Below are positions 23,503-36,968 of a stretch of 64,000 nt of DNA, in pieces (the stretch's first letter is position 1; each line of letters begins with the position of its first letter). Source of the DNA: Pristiophorus japonicus (lineage: Eukaryota); NCBI RefSeq assembly GCF_044704955.1, contig NC_091994.1:89838001-89902000 (forward strand), read 5' to 3'. The notes beneath the pieces were generated by a model. It was not told the origin of the DNA, ran no database searches, and worked only from the letters and a program-made list of their open reading frames with translations. A program made the translations under genes and the position numbers.

Positions 23503-26389
23503 GGGCTAGAACCTCCACTTTTGAGCTTATCGCCCAAAAATGGATGATATTTCTGGCGTGGGCAGTAAAAAAGGCTTTTCAGTTCGCCGGCTTCTCGCCC
23601 ATTCTCAAAGCACCTAGTCTCCATTTTTGAAAATGGGCGTTACCGCGAGCGATATGAAATGGGCGTTAGTGTTAAATTTTTTTGACCTTCTGCCGTAAAG
23701 TGTCACCATCCTTGGCAACGGCATGGCAATGGCTCGATTCCCGCGATTCAGGAGGTCAAGGGTCATCATGACATGCACAGAAGAGTAGACAGAGAGAGAG
23801 GGAGCCGAGAGGCACCGAAAGCGTGTGTGGGTGTGGTGTGTGCTTGTTTGGCTGTTGTGTAGAGGCACGATGGAGATTCACCAGCAGCAATAAGCCTACT
23901 AAGCACCAAGAACATAGTTGGCACCGAGTTTTTGTCCAACAAATAAGATATAACATGGGAGGGATGGAGGAGGCCCTGGAGCTGGTAGCCAGGAACACTG
24001 GTAGCAGAGGGCTCCCAGTGATCCCGGAGCACGGCACTGCACCCCAAGGTGATGCACCCCCATTGCCAACCACACAAGAGCCAGCTGCAACATTTTGCTT
24101 CTGGCTCGGAGCATGTTCCCATCTTGGGATCGTCCTCTCCCGAATCTGTCCAAGCAGCGTTCCGGCTGTCATCCCTCCACCCCCAATGAAGCATCGCCTG
24201 AGGAGCTCCTTGGCCAGGTGGCTTGGAGTCAGGAGGGGAAGGGGAAGGGGTAGAGGTGGGGAGGAGAAGCGCGGGGGTGGGGGGGGAAGGGTTGATTTGT
24301 ACAGAAATACTGATGATTTCAGACTAATGTTCGGTTTAAATGTTTTTTATTTAACAAAACCTTGTTGCGCATTGGCTCAGATAGCTGCGCCGTTACACGC
24401 TGCTGATTCCTTAACATCAAAGGGTATAATTACACTTAACTTCAATCAACGTAAGCTTTCACTGTCACCAAGGTGATGCCCACCATTGATGTATGACCTG
24501 CACACCCAGCAATGTGTCAGCCTTGTAAATAACACCAACGTTCTTTCAGGCAAATTGATCATTGATGAGCTCCTGACGTAAGGCTCTTGCAGCTATCATG
24601 CCACCGTGGGCCCGTTCATGCAGTCTACAGGGGGCGGGGGCATGGCTTCAGCATCAGCATGATTGTCTGGGATGATATCAGTGTCCTTCTCCTCTTCCTT
24701 TCTCTGGCGAGGTGGACTGTCAGACTCATCAGGCAATTCTTGTCCCCTCCTGATAGCCAAGTTGTGCAGCATGGAGCTACCTGCTCAGCGTGGTATTGGA
24801 GCTCGTCTCCTGAGTGGTCCAGGCATCTAAAGTGCTGCTTCAGCATGCCAATGGTTTTCTCCACGATATTGCGAGTTGCTCTGTGGCTCTCATTGTATCG
24901 CCTCTCGGCTTCGGTGTGGGTGTCACGCAAGGAGGTCATCAGCCAGGTGGTGAGGCCATATCCTTTGTCACCAAGCATCCAATATTGACCTGGTGGCTGA
25001 TTGTTAAACAAGTCAGATACAGTGCTCTCACGCAGGATGTGAGCATCATGGATGCTGTCCGGAAATTTAGCATTCACTGCCATTATAATTTGCTGGTGGT
25101 CGACAACCAGTTGGACATTCAGGGAGTGGAATCCCTTGTGGTTCCTGAAAACCTCTGCATCTTGAAAAGATGCCTGCATTGCGATGTGCGTACAGTCTAT
25201 TGCTCCCTTCACCTTGGGGAAGTTTGCAATTCTGGAGATTCCTAGAGCCCTCTCACTCTGTGCCTCCCTGGTCATAGGGAAACTGATCAAGTCCCTCCTG
25301 CGTGCGTACAGGGCTTCAGTGACCTGTCTAATGCAGCAATGTGTGGCATGCTGAGAAAGTCCGCAAATGTCGCCAGCTGTGGCCTGAAAAGAATCTGAGG
25401 TGTAGAACGACAGTACCGCGGTGACTTTGACCTCGGCGGACAGTGCAGTACTGATGGTGGTGGCAGGCTGCAGATCTGCCCTTATCAACTGCCATACCTC
25501 AGTGATAACCTCTTTGTGGAAGCGCAGTCTCTGAAGGCAGATGGTGTTGGGTAAGTTGAGGTGAGACTGCTTCTCCTTGTACTTGCGGGTCGTGTAATGT
25601 CTGGTCCTCATCAGACTGTCACATCTTACATTGGGCACATAATGCAGTGGAGCGTACCTTCGACGATCTCAAGTCTACTGCATGTAATTGGTTATCAAGA
25701 GAGGGTGAGAAAGGACAGGCCCCATTGCAGTAGCTCTCTGTTTTCCACCGATTGGTCACAAACAAGAAATGTCCCGAAGAAGACACCTATTCAATTCCAA
25801 TCGGTCACAGTGTGGTCAAGATGTTTGTAGAGATGTTCACATCAACACCAACGACCTACAGAGTACATCTGAACTCCGCCGAGGTTGAAACACAGCAGCC
25901 TTTTAAAAGATGCGACATGTGATGTAGAACATGGCGTCCATAACGCTGTGATTAGTTCCGGTTAGTTCCACTTTTTCTGGCCGTTTTTTTGGGGCAAGCG
26001 ATATTATGTGCGAGGTGGTGAAAGTGACGCTGGCTGATCTCCTGGGCGTTAATTTTGCCAAATGTGATCTTTACGACAAAAAAAAGTGGGCGGGCGGTAT
26101 TATTGAATCTCGGTATTAATTCCGTGTGGAAAGTAACGCTGGCCGATATTATGGCCGTTGATTTCGCCATTCTGATGATTCCGCCCCAAAAAAGTGAGCA
26201 GGCAGTAATATTTTTTCCCGGCGTTAAGCACATGGGGAAAATAACGCTCGCCGATAAGTTTCCTAAAAATGCCTGTCAGTTTCCATTTTGTGCCAAAATA
26301 GGCGATATATGGGCGTTATACATAATTTCAGCGGTAAAATGGGCATTAAGTGGGCGTTAAGCACGCAAAGAAAGTGGAGGTTCTAGCCC
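23503..26389. mobile_element. PIF/Harbinger DNA transposon, 2887 bp
   Basis: Perfect 19-bp TIR GGGCTAGAACCTCCACTTT, 3-bp TSD CTG, HARBI1-like transposase. Confidence 0.95.
24625..25725 (-). pseudogene. Harbinger DDE transposase (HARBI1-like), disrupted at both ends
   Basis: ORF 24625-25638: GAIDCTHI, KGFHSLNVQ, HDAHIL, LGDKGY, IVEKTIG; likely original ATG at 25725 followed by stops; C-terminal frameshift. Confidence 0.88.
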
Positions 26390-27039
26390 CTGGTGTTTTT
26401 TGGGCAGCTGATTTCCCCTGTTCATTCATGGCATTGTAAACATGGTGAGGGATTCTCTCAGTTTGTTCAAGCCAGTGAAATCTTTAAGTGTATTATTTTA
26501 CAATATAATTATAACGTTACTAACATGTATTGAACAGAGGAATCTTCTCGACACATTACTGAAGTTGTTAAATACACCACAGAAGAGCAGATTAATGTCA
26601 TATTACAATTAACGGATTGTAGTTAAAGAAGCATGGAGAAAAATTTGAACACTGCTTTTTATCTGCCTTCTGTTTAATTCAAATTAAGTCTCTTTGTTCT
26701 GGTCTGTATAAAAATGAGTGAAGGCGATCTGTAGGTACAGTCAGTGTATCAGGGGTACATTATAGTGCAGAAAGACTTGCCTTGATCAGAATACCTTGAA
26801 TATCTTGCACCTTTGCATAGAATTATGTAGAATTTACAGCACAGAAACAGGCCAATAGGTCCAACAGCTCCATGCCGCTGTTCATGCTCCACACGAGCCT
26901 CCTCCCGCCCTTTTTACTTCATCTCACTCTTGCAACATATCCGTCTATTCCTTTACCCTCATGTTATGTGGAAGTTCAGTTCGCGAGAGGAAATCCTGCC
27001 AGTGCACTCACTTCCCTCTGTCATTTTACTTCAATTTAG

Positions 27040-27410
27040 TAACATAGGAACATTAGGAACAGGAGGAGGAGGGGCCTGTTCATGCCTGATCTGTAATTGA
27101 TCTCCATTTACCTTCCTTGGATCCATATCCCTTGATACGTTTACCTAACAAAAATCTGTCGAACTCAGTCTTGAAAGCTCCAATTGTCCCAGCCCTTTTG
27201 GGGTAGGGAGTTCCAGATTTCTACGACCCTGTGTGAAAAATGTTCCCTGATTTCACACCTCAATGGCCTAGCTTTAATTTTAAGATTATGTCCCTTTGTT
27301 CTGGAGTCCCCCACCAGGGGAAATAGTTTCTCCGTATCGATCCTATCCGATCCTTTTAACATTTTAAACACCTTGATCAGATCACCCCTCAATCGCCTGT
27401 ACTCAAGGAA
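27040..27410 (-). mobile_element. CR1 3' fragment
   Basis: RRLRGDLIKVFK...RVVEIWNSLP. Confidence 0.8.
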
Positions 27411-27448
27411 ATTTGAAATCATATTTGTTATAAACTCCTTCTGGAAAT

Positions 27449-28113
27449 AATAGAAACATAGACATAGAAAATAGGTGCAGGAGTAGGCCATTCAGCCCTT
27501 CTAGCCTGCACCGCCATTCAATGAGTTCATGGCTGAACATGCAACTTCAGTACCCCATTCCTGCTTTCTCACCATACCCCTTGATTCCCCTAGTAGTAAG
27601 GACTTCATCTAACTCCTTTTTGAATATATTTAGTGAATTGGCCTCAACAACTTTCTGTGGTAGAGAATTCCACAGGTTCACCACTCTCTGGGTGAAGAAA
27701 TTCCTCCTCATCTCGGTCCTAAATGGCTTACCCCTTATCCTTAGACTGTGTCCCCTGGTTCTGGACTTCCCCAACATTGGGAACATTCTTCCTGCATCTA
27801 ACCTGTCTAAACCCGTCAGAATTTTAAACATTTCTATGAGGTCCCCTCTCATTCTTCTGAACTCCAGTGAATACAAGCCCAGTTGATCCAGTCTTTCTTG
27901 ATAGGTCAGTCCCGCCATCCCGGGAATCAGTCTGGTGAACCTTCGCTGCACGCCCTCAATAGCAAGAATGTCCTTCCTCAGGTTAGGAGACCAAAACTGT
28001 ACACAGTACTCCAGGTGCGGCCTCACCAAGGCCCTGTACAACTGTAGCAACACCTCCCTGCCCCTGTACTCAAATCCCCTCGCTATGAAGGCCAACATGC
28101 CATTTGCTTTCTT
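27449..28113 (-). mobile_element. Young CR1 3' fragment (ACATAGAA family)
   Basis: Open ORF 27547-28098 near-identical to the 2892-3812 C-terminus. Confidence 0.95.
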
Positions 28114-28439
28114 GATTGATAGGATAGCGCCCTGATTATAAAATCCCCCCCAAATACATATAAACTAAAGTAAGAGAGCGATATTGAAGCTCGATTTTTA
28201 CAATCCTGGTTAGACTTAACTTGTATTCAGATTCAGTAGGACTTCGCAATGTAACCCAAAATATGCCTGTAATAAAACTGACCAACCCCACCCTACTTGT
28301 TGGATATTTTAAATATCTTTCCCATTTTAAATTTCAAAAAGTGAGAGAAGTAACGTTACTGTTAGTCACTTCACTCCAGAGAATGTCGTACTACCACTGG
28401 GACACAAACTGCTAATTAAAAGCCACGCACACCAAGCTC

Positions 28440-28850
28440 CTTCGATTAGCTCGTGGATGAATGCGATGTGGGATCTGATACTGAGCCATACAGCTCACAA
28501 TGGCTCAGATTCAATCCCCGGTCTGTGCTGTTAATTGATCCCAGTCGGAGCATCAGTCGTGGCGGCACAATTGGCCTTGGTTAAAGAGACAAAAACAATC
28601 GGCTTGGATTCTGGTTCCTGTTCACTATCTAGTGACTCCAGCTGGAAAGTGTGCATGCTTGGGCACTGGGCGAGGGCAGGATCAGACTTGGCAGTGGTGC
28701 CTCCACCCTTCCCCCATGATTAAAAGTTCATGTCTGGGCTCACACATGAAGAATAACCACTTGATTGAGGTATGGGAGGGAGGGCGATGCCCATGGAACC
28801 CATACCTCAATAAGAATCAATCAGTGTCTTCAGGAAACCATTGGGGGAGA
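28440..28850 (+). mobile_element. Old SINE-like dispersed repeat (related pieces ~18400-18615, 19025-19120, 49790-49985, 51050-51310)
   Basis: Shared words CAATTGGCCT, GGATCAG.CT..GC, CACATGAAGAA..GCCACTTG; B-box-like GATTCAATCCCC; family not identified. Confidence 0.5.
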
Positions 28851-28892
28851 AAAGTCACGCATGCATAATGTAATACATAGCAGTTATCATAC

Positions 28893-30799
28893 AGCAAAAA
28901 TGTGCGTACTTGAGACAGACAGAGAGGAATAACCATTGAGAGAGACTAGCAGACAACAAGCCAAAGAGAGAAGAGAATAACTATGGAAAAAGTCCTGCTG
29001 AATACACAGGAAATCCAGAGCGTATTGCAAGAAGTGGCATGGCTTGGGCTGTTGGGATCAAAACAGACGTAAATGGGAAAAATGTGCCCAAGGAATGTTA
29101 AAACAACACAGCCCTCACAAAGCCCAAGAGCCAGAAGGTTGAAATGAAGCAGTAACTATTCACAGTGCCTGAGGAAGACATTGATGTGTGACCAGTACAG
29201 CAGACTGTATGAAAAGAATAACACAAACATGTAGCGAAGAGAAAGAATCACATAACAATCCCGACCCAGGTTTCAGTTATCAGGAAGAGTCTGCAGTGGC
29301 TCAGAATTTGCTTGGATAAATCCCGTGTGGCCCGATGGTTAGATTTGTTTTTGCACCTTTCAGTTCAAAGTGTTTGCGTTGTTGCAAATTGCTGGAAATG
29401 AGAGTTGTTAACAACACGACACAGTCAATGGAGCATCTGGAACTTTGGTGAATGACGGGACCAACAGTCTATCTCCTTAACATAGAAACATAGAAAATAG
29501 GTGCAGGAGTAGGCCATTCGGCCCTTCGAGCCTGCACCACCATTCAATAAGATTATGGCTGATCATTCACCTCAGTACCCCTTTCCTGCTTTCTCTCCAT
29601 ACCCCTTGATCCCTTTAGCCGTAAGGGCCATACCTAACTCCCTCTTGAATATATCCAATGAATGGCATCAACAACTCTCTGCGGCAGGTAACCAATGAGA
29701 TTTTAAGGATAGAGAAAGAAACAGAGGATGGCGGAGAAGGAAATAAAGTGAATTAGAGTCAAATTAGGTACAGAAAGGGAAATAAATATTGGATTAAGAG
29801 AGAGAGAGAAAAAAAGAGACAGAAAGTTAAAGTAAAAAAAGTTATTGCAAGGCTAATGGCAACTTGTTCAGCAATTTGTGGCGATTGGCAACTGACAGGT
29901 ATATCTTCCTCACCACAGATTGCTGGCTTATTTACACACTAATAACGGCGTGCGCATTAAACTCACCGGTATTTTCCCAGCAAACTCAGTGCCGATGTGT
30001 CGAGACTTGGGGAAGGAGGAGCGCAATGACCTAAAGATAGGGTTTACCTTGAATGGAGCTGGTACGGGTCACCCTGAGCAGAGGCTGAGCATCTTGGGTC
30101 TACCTCCAGCTGGGTTTTACTGCCTGATTTTTAAAGTGTTGTTTTGCTGACCAAGTAAACCTGTTCACCTCATTGACCAGGTAATCGGTGCCTAGCAACC
30201 AATCTATTGGTTAATGAGCGGATGAACGCTTTATGAAGAGTTTTCACTTCTATTCACTAACTGGCTGCACTTATCATTACTATTATCAGATAACAATACT
30301 TTCTATTGGCATTTTTTGGAATGTTTACAGCGTAATATTTTTCTACATTTTTTTTCTCTGATCTCGGTGATATTTATTTTCTGCATATTTTGCTTCTATG
30401 AATTGAAATATTAATATTATGACCCTGGATTATTCCAGTTAGTGTGGTCTAATACTACCTGTGGCCCTGTCTATTGGGAGCATAAAACATGAGTGACTGC
30501 AGGAGTAACATCCAGCAACTCATATTTGTTTTTACTCTAATTCTTAATTTGATTTAAAAATGTAATGTTGTGATGTGAATACATCTCCATTTCCCTCTCT
30601 GTCTCTTGTTTCCCAATCTTTGCCCGTCTCTCCAGTTCTCTTCCTGATTATTATTCTCTCACTGGGTTGTTTCTCAGTCTCTACCTGTCTTAGTGATTTT
30701 TTTCCCTGGTTATTCTCTTCTCTCTCTTTGGGTTGTTGTCTGCTAGTCTCTCTCAATGGTTATTCCTCTCTGTCTGTCTCAAGTACGCACATTTTTGCT
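28893..30799. repeat. ~100-bp inverted repeat pair (28893-28994 / 30695-30799)
   Basis: 28893-28959 is the exact reverse complement of 30733-30799. Confidence 0.9.
29298..29993. mobile_element. Degenerate MITE interrupted by a CR1 tail (29479-29688, minus)
   Basis: GGCTCAGAATTTGCT / AGCAAACTCAGTGCC imperfect TIRs; CR1 flanked by TAAC. Confidence 0.55.
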
Positions 30800-30826
30800 T
30801 TTCTGTTTTCTCTGTTGTAACACATT

Positions 30827-31131
30827 GGGCTCAATTTTCCCCAGTAATTTGTGCCATTTCTTTGGAGCAGGCTGCTTTTTTTGGCCTAAGTTTAAAAAAA
30901 ACAGTTTCCCCAATCAACTTGCACCAGTGTAACTCAGTTAATTACGATTTTTCTAGATAAGTTTTTTTTTCAGCCAAAGGGAGCGTAACTTGCCACCCGT
31001 GCCAATTCTGGCCACTTAGGCAAGTTTGGCCAGCTGAGAGTTACTCCAGTTCTGCTTCAGCCAGTGTATGTGACCTCTGCAGAAAAACCTTCTGGAGAGT
31101 TAAAGAGATTGGCGCAGGGAAGGAAATTGGC

Positions 31132-31166
<35 letters not shown>

Positions 31167-31515
31167 AGAGGCTTTAATAATTGGAGGTAAGTTGCTGCAA
31201 TATATCTTCATGTGTTTTTAAGTTGATTCAATGTGTTTTAATGTGTTTTTTAATTGATGCAATGTGTTGGGAGCTGGCTGTATGTTTCACTTTGCAGCTT
31301 TAGCTTGCATTGTGTCCCTGATTACCATGGCAGCTGATCTTTAAGGCGCAGATCAAGGCTCCACCCTCAAAACTAAAGGACAGGTTAGGCCACACCAAAA
31401 TGAAGAAATCCAATGGGGAAACACAGAACATTTTTTTTTGGCATACTTGGGCCCCCAAAAAATGGGCGTAACTCTTCAAGTACGCCAAAAAAAAGCTTTG
31501 GGGAAAATTGAGCCC
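30827..31515. mobile_element. Harbinger-like MITE with internal (GA)n
   Basis: 17-bp TIR GGGCTCAATTTTCCCCA, 3-bp TSD ATT. Confidence 0.9.
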
Positions 31516-31539
31516 ATTGTCTTACTTTTAACTGCAGGA

Positions 31540-32480
31540 TTGTGTAACATTTGCGCCTTGACTAGCTCTTGGATGAACTTCTAAATGGAGGTGCATGATA
31601 GCAGAATATTCCTTGGGGGAGTCTACCTTAAAACATATTGCACTCTGCGAGGTGCCCCTTGTGTTGCCTGTGGAGTCAGTGATTATTCAGGTTGTCCAAT
31701 GTTGTGCCTTTCGGAAGGCAGCAAAATCAGATGTAATAGAATAAAAATGGTGAAATGCACTTTTAGAAATGGCCACTTGTCTGCTGTGTCAGTATGTATC
31801 CAAAATATGGCTGACAGTTCAACCAGACCCAGACTTCAGAAAAGCAGCTGTATGTCACCAAGTCAAATCTTTTCAGTCTGCCTACATACAATATACGAGG
31901 TGTCTGATTTTAAATCATCTTTCAGTGCAATAAGTGATTACAGAAGGGATAATTGCACTGGATATTCTTCTCATGCAGCTGTTGAACCTTTTCCTGCTTT
32001 TGTAAACCATTCCATTCCTTTATGTGTGTTACGTATGCAAGGTTCAAACTGAGTACTGTTTAACTGAGCAAGGTACAACCTTGCTCCTGCTTTATTTAGG
32101 CCCAAAGTGCTTGACTCACAAAATGGCTGGCCTTTTATACCAGAGCAGCACCGTGTGCTCAGTGGCCTCCAACAATGACATCATCTGGTGGCTAAAAACA
32201 GCATGTACATACATGACAGAGTGCCATGTTGTTTGAAGTTGGTCTATATGATAGATTTATCCCACAATCAGCTGGGATGAGTGGAACATAATGTGAGACT
32301 TCTGATGATGTGAAATGCAGAATTCATCTTGTGGTCGTGTTGCTGCAAAGGATTCTGAATCAGATCAGCTTTCTGCAAAGTGTTTCAGGAGTCGGTATCC
32401 TGTGGTGAAACTACGTTTGGAAGCTGGATGCTTTGGTGCAGTGAATGATGGAATATTCCGGGCTTTACAACTTTATCAAT
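31540..32480 (-). mobile_element. Possible very old RTE-like LINE RT remnant
   Basis: Faint ordered RT-like words across frames (..LSLL.., AAF..SG, HI, DF); heavily decayed. Confidence 0.35.
32027..32218 (-). mobile_element. Solo LTR
   Basis: TGTTACGTATG...CATACATGACA termini, minus-strand TATAAAA and AATAAA; decayed TSD ATGTG/GAGTG. Confidence 0.7.
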
Positions 32481-32489
32481 CATCCGTAA

Positions 32490-33826
32490 AGAGAAGAAAA
32501 TTTAATCATGGGCTTTTGACGCTTTAATGCCCCTCCGCTTCGATTAAAGGGGAGGACCCCTGTGCACTCTGCAAGGCCTTTGATGGACTCGAGTAGGCCA
32601 AGAGGGCAGCATGTGACTGGGCCTGCAGCCCGGCACCCAAGATGGAATGCCAGACTGCACGATGGCGACCCGGACCACACTAGGGCCACTATTGTTGAGC
32701 CGACCTGAGGTCATCCACCTTGGGAAAAAACAACAGTAAAAGGGAATATTATTTGAATGGGGAGAAATTACAACATGCTGCGGTGCAGAGGGACCTGGGG
32801 GTCCTTGTGCATGAATCCCAAAAGGTTAGTTTGCAGGTGCAGCAGGTAATCAGGAAGGCGAATGGAATGTTGGCCTTCATTGTGAGAGGGATGGAGTACA
32901 AAAGCAGGGATCTTGCTGCAACTGTGCAGGGTATTGGTGAGGCCGCACCTGGAGTACTGTGTGCAGTTTTGGTCACCTTACTTAAGGAAGGATATACTAG
33001 CCTTGGAGGGGGTACAGAGACGATTCACTAGGCTGATTCCAGAGATGAGGGGGTTACCTTATGATGATAGATTGAGCAGACTGGGTCTTTACTCATTGGA
33101 GTTCAGAAGGATGAGGGGTGATCTTATAGAAACATTTAAAATAATGAAAGGGATAGACAAGATAGAGGCAGAGAGGTTGTTTCCACTGGTTGGGGAGACT
33201 AGAACTAGGGGGCACAGCCTTAAAATACGGGGGAGCCAATTTAAAACCGAGTTGAGAAGGAATTTCTTCTCCCAGAGGGTTGTGAATCTGAGGAATTCTC
33301 TGCCCAAGGAAGCAGTTGAGGCTAGCTCATTGAATGTATTCAAATCACAGATAGATAGATTTTTAACCAATAAGGGAATTAAGGATTACGGGGAGCGGGC
33401 CGGTAAGTGGAGCTGAGTCCATGGCCAGATCAGCCATGATCTTTTTGAATGGCGGAGCAGGCTCGAGGGGCTAGATGGCCTACTCCTGTTCCTAATTCTT
33501 ATGTTCTTATGAGTCGGCTAACAAAAAAAGATGGCGGCCTGAGGCGCTGGCACCCTTCCCTGGCATTGACTTCCGCTTGCGCCAGCTGGCAATTTCGCCC
33601 TAGGGGCGTTAAGGAGTCGCTGCAGGGCGATGAGGGGTCGACGCGGGGCGATGAGGGGGTCATCGCCCGTTACGCGGCGGCATAGGGCGCTAACCGTTGG
33701 GCATGGCTCCGCAAACTCCCAGGCAATTTACCGGGAGATGGTAACGCCCCCCTCCCCCGGGCAAAAAGTGCCTTGCACCCTGCTGGAGGCGCTAACAGGG
33801 CTATAAAAAGGACCAATTTTTCCCTC
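32490..33826. mobile_element. GC-rich MITE-like element split by a CR1
   Basis: GC-rich halves 32490-32705 and 33511-33826; AAAGGGGAGG and GGCGCT words shared with 51886-52850. Confidence 0.5.
32706..33510 (+). mobile_element. Young CR1 3' fragment (TTCTTATG family)
   Basis: Near-identical to 7655-8479. Confidence 0.95.
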
Positions 33827-34005
33827 CTAATCTCCTAACCAGTTTTTAATTGAAATTGCTTCCTTTCCTATAATTCTGTACCCCTTCATCTTCTCCAATA
33901 GTCTCCCTATGTGATACCTTGCCAAGGGTTTTCTGAAAATCTATGTACACCGCATCCACTGCATTTCACCTGTTCACCTTATGTCATCTCTTCAAAGAAC
34001 TCGGA

Positions 34006-34162
34006 GGCCTAGAAATTCGTTTCAGGCAGTGCCGCAAAACAGGCGGTATCAGATCGACCGCCAGTTAAACATAGCGTCTGATATTCAGTTCCATTGACTG
34101 CAATGGGCAGCCGATCCAATACCGCCCAATTTCTCCCCCGCCCCGATACTAATTTCTAAGCC
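34006..34162. mobile_element. Short MITE
   Basis: GGCCTAGAAATT / AATTTCTAAGCC termini inside the old CR1. Confidence 0.65.
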
Positions 34163-36968
34163 GATCAGATTTATCATGCACAATCTTTCTTTCTGAAATT
34201 GGCAGCTTTTAAAATTCTCTCTTCATCTATTAGTCGTAATTCAATCTCTAATTAAAGATTCTAAAATTTTCCTTATCATGGATGTTGAACTAACTACCTG
34301 CAATTACTTGGGTTATCTCTGTCTCCCTTTTTGAAAATGGGTATTACATTGGCCACTCTCCAGTCCTCTGGCACACACCCACTCTGAAATGAACCTTGAA
34401 ATATAATTTCTAGGGCCTCCGCTATTTCTTCCTCCATTTCCCTCAGTATCCTTGGATTTATCCTTTCAGGTAATGGCACTTTGTCCTTCTTTAGCTTAAC
34501 TAACTTCTCTACTTATTTTATTTGATGATAATACCTCTTATCTTGCTTTTAGCCAATTTATTATTTACTTCCTCCTCAATATCCATCTCTTTTGTAAACA
34601 CTGATAAGCATCCCTGGACATTTCTATTTATCCTCTGTTATCTTCTCAGGGTCCACCTCACGCTGAACAGTTATGTTTTTCTTAATATATTTGTAGAATA
34701 CTATTGTGTCTGTAAGCACTCCAGTAATGACTCCACGAGGCAAGGTATTATACTTGAACTGTGGTGACCTTAGTTCATTTATTGCAGCTCTCGAGTAAGG
34801 GTACAGTATGGTGAGCTCCCGTTTATACCTGGTTACCTGTCGTGTACTGGTGGCCCCGTAGGTCTCCACCAGTTGCACCCTCTGGTGGTACAAGCATAGT
34901 GCATACAGTGTGAAGGTACATTCAGTAGTCTTATGTAACTGTACATTGAGTGTACAGGGAGTATACTTATATTATACATATACAACATCACTCTCGCCAT
35001 AGTCTTGTGTCACTGGCCTTTGCATTGTGTGCTCTGGCCCTAAACTTGAGTGCCCAAAGCCCTTGCACCTTGTCAATGCTTTGGCTTGGTTCTCTCCCTG
35101 TTGACCCCCAAGTCCTTATTGCCACAACATTAGGAAATAGTCAGCAGTGGACGGTTTGAGGTTGCAGTGGGGGTTGAGTGGGTTCTGGGTGTGATTCATG
35201 TGTGTCCATGGCTACATACATCCATTTCCAACCCTCCGCAATACATAGACTATGTGTGTGACTCAACACCTGCATTTGCATACATGTACAGAAAGAAAGA
35301 ACAAAAAAAAAACATAGGATTAATTGCATCACTATTGGTGTTCTGCAGTAGTGGAACAAGTACATTTTACAGGTAAGGTACATACGTGATATCCCAGTCT
35401 TGCCCCTGATTTGTGTAGGTGCAGGTGGGTGAGGACGCTAGTTCCAGAGTAACCGGACTGTGTCCAGGTTGTCTGATGGCGGCACTGCGCCCCCTGCCAG
35501 CTGGGTGGGCTCGGATCGCTCACCTGGCTGAGTCTCAGGGCCTTTGCCGTTGCCTAGTGGTGGGCAGAGCCACAGGAGTGCGTGGCCTCTCTGTCCTCCT
35601 TTGAGGGCTGCGGTATCTCCCTGCTGCCCTTCAGCGATGGTGGGAGCCTGGTCGTCCAAGGTCCCATTGGGAAAGCTGGAGGATGCTCTTGCCCTGGTAG
35701 CCAGAGAGGTAGAGCCGATCGGGGGCAGGGTACCGGTAGTGGTGCCTTTGCCGTCCGCTGATCGCTGGTCCTGCAGCTGGTATGCTCCCTCTGTGTGTGG
35801 CCACGCTCCCTGGGGCATCACTTTGGTCCCGGAGGCACAGGCTACATGATCGGGTAGCCCGCTGGACCTGGTGCTTCCGATGGGAGGTTGCCTTTGTTTT
35901 TGTCGGCGTACATGTAGAACCCGGCATCGTACATCATTATTTCATTTACAGTCATATTACATTGGTTCCGACTGCCCTCGCCCGGCTCAACATAGTTAGT
36001 GACATTTACGTATTTGCATTTGTCAATTACATTGTTTACTTGTGTATCATCGGCATCGCTATATAAAGAGTGGAACTGTCCCTTTAATTGTGATGGGTTG
36101 CCGGTCTCCTTTAAGAGGGCCTTGCAATCTTTACTCCAATCCGGTTCACTGCTCGGCATCACATGTTGCTCCCTCAACGCTGCCCCTCGTGGTCTGGCCG
36201 CTGCCATCTTTACTTCAGGCGCTTCACCTCGTGGTTCCCACGAGGTAGGCTGCGGTGATCTTTTTTTCCCCAGATTCTGCCACAGAGGCAGGGAAGTTGC
36301 CTCCTGCGTCGATTCTCTTCCTCCAGAGTTCTGCCACTGGCGCCTGGGAGGTGAGGTTGGTTCGTTTTGCCGTTGGGTTGAGCGGTCTGTGTCATCTCCA
36401 CGCAGTTGAGTTGAGCGGCTGGTTTCTCAAGTGTTGTGCTGGATCCAAATTTGGGGCCGAATAGGATGTCGATCGCCAGAGGCTGGAAGTTCTCCCAGCT
36501 CTAACGGATTTGTTTCATCCATTTTCTTCCGAGCAGCGTTGGACCATCACCAGCAACGATCCACAAAGGTAACTTGTGCATCGCGCTGTCATGGGACACT
36601 TGGACATCCACGCTGTCAAAGACTGGGATGGTGTCGTTTGTGTAGGTGAGCAGCTTCACTTGGATCGGGATCATTTTAGGTCGTTCGATTGGATTGTCCC
36701 AGAGTTTCTCAAAGGCCGTCTGATTCATCAGCGATTGGCTCGCCCCTGTGTCCACCTCCATCGTGACTGGAACATCGTTGATTTCGACTTCCATTTTCAG
36801 CGGAGAGCTCTCGATGGTGCAGGTAAATACTCCGTACACCTCATCGTGAGGCTGAGCTGCCTCCTGGACTCACTTTTCATCGTCACTGGAGTCCAGATGA
36901 TCAGCCAACTCTTCATCGACTCGGTGAGTACAATTTCTCTTGCACATTCGCAGGAGGTGGCCCTTCGT

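Noticed and set aside
31585-32052. 155-aa plus-strand ORF
   Set aside because: Runs into a solo LTR; likely antisense to a decayed LINE
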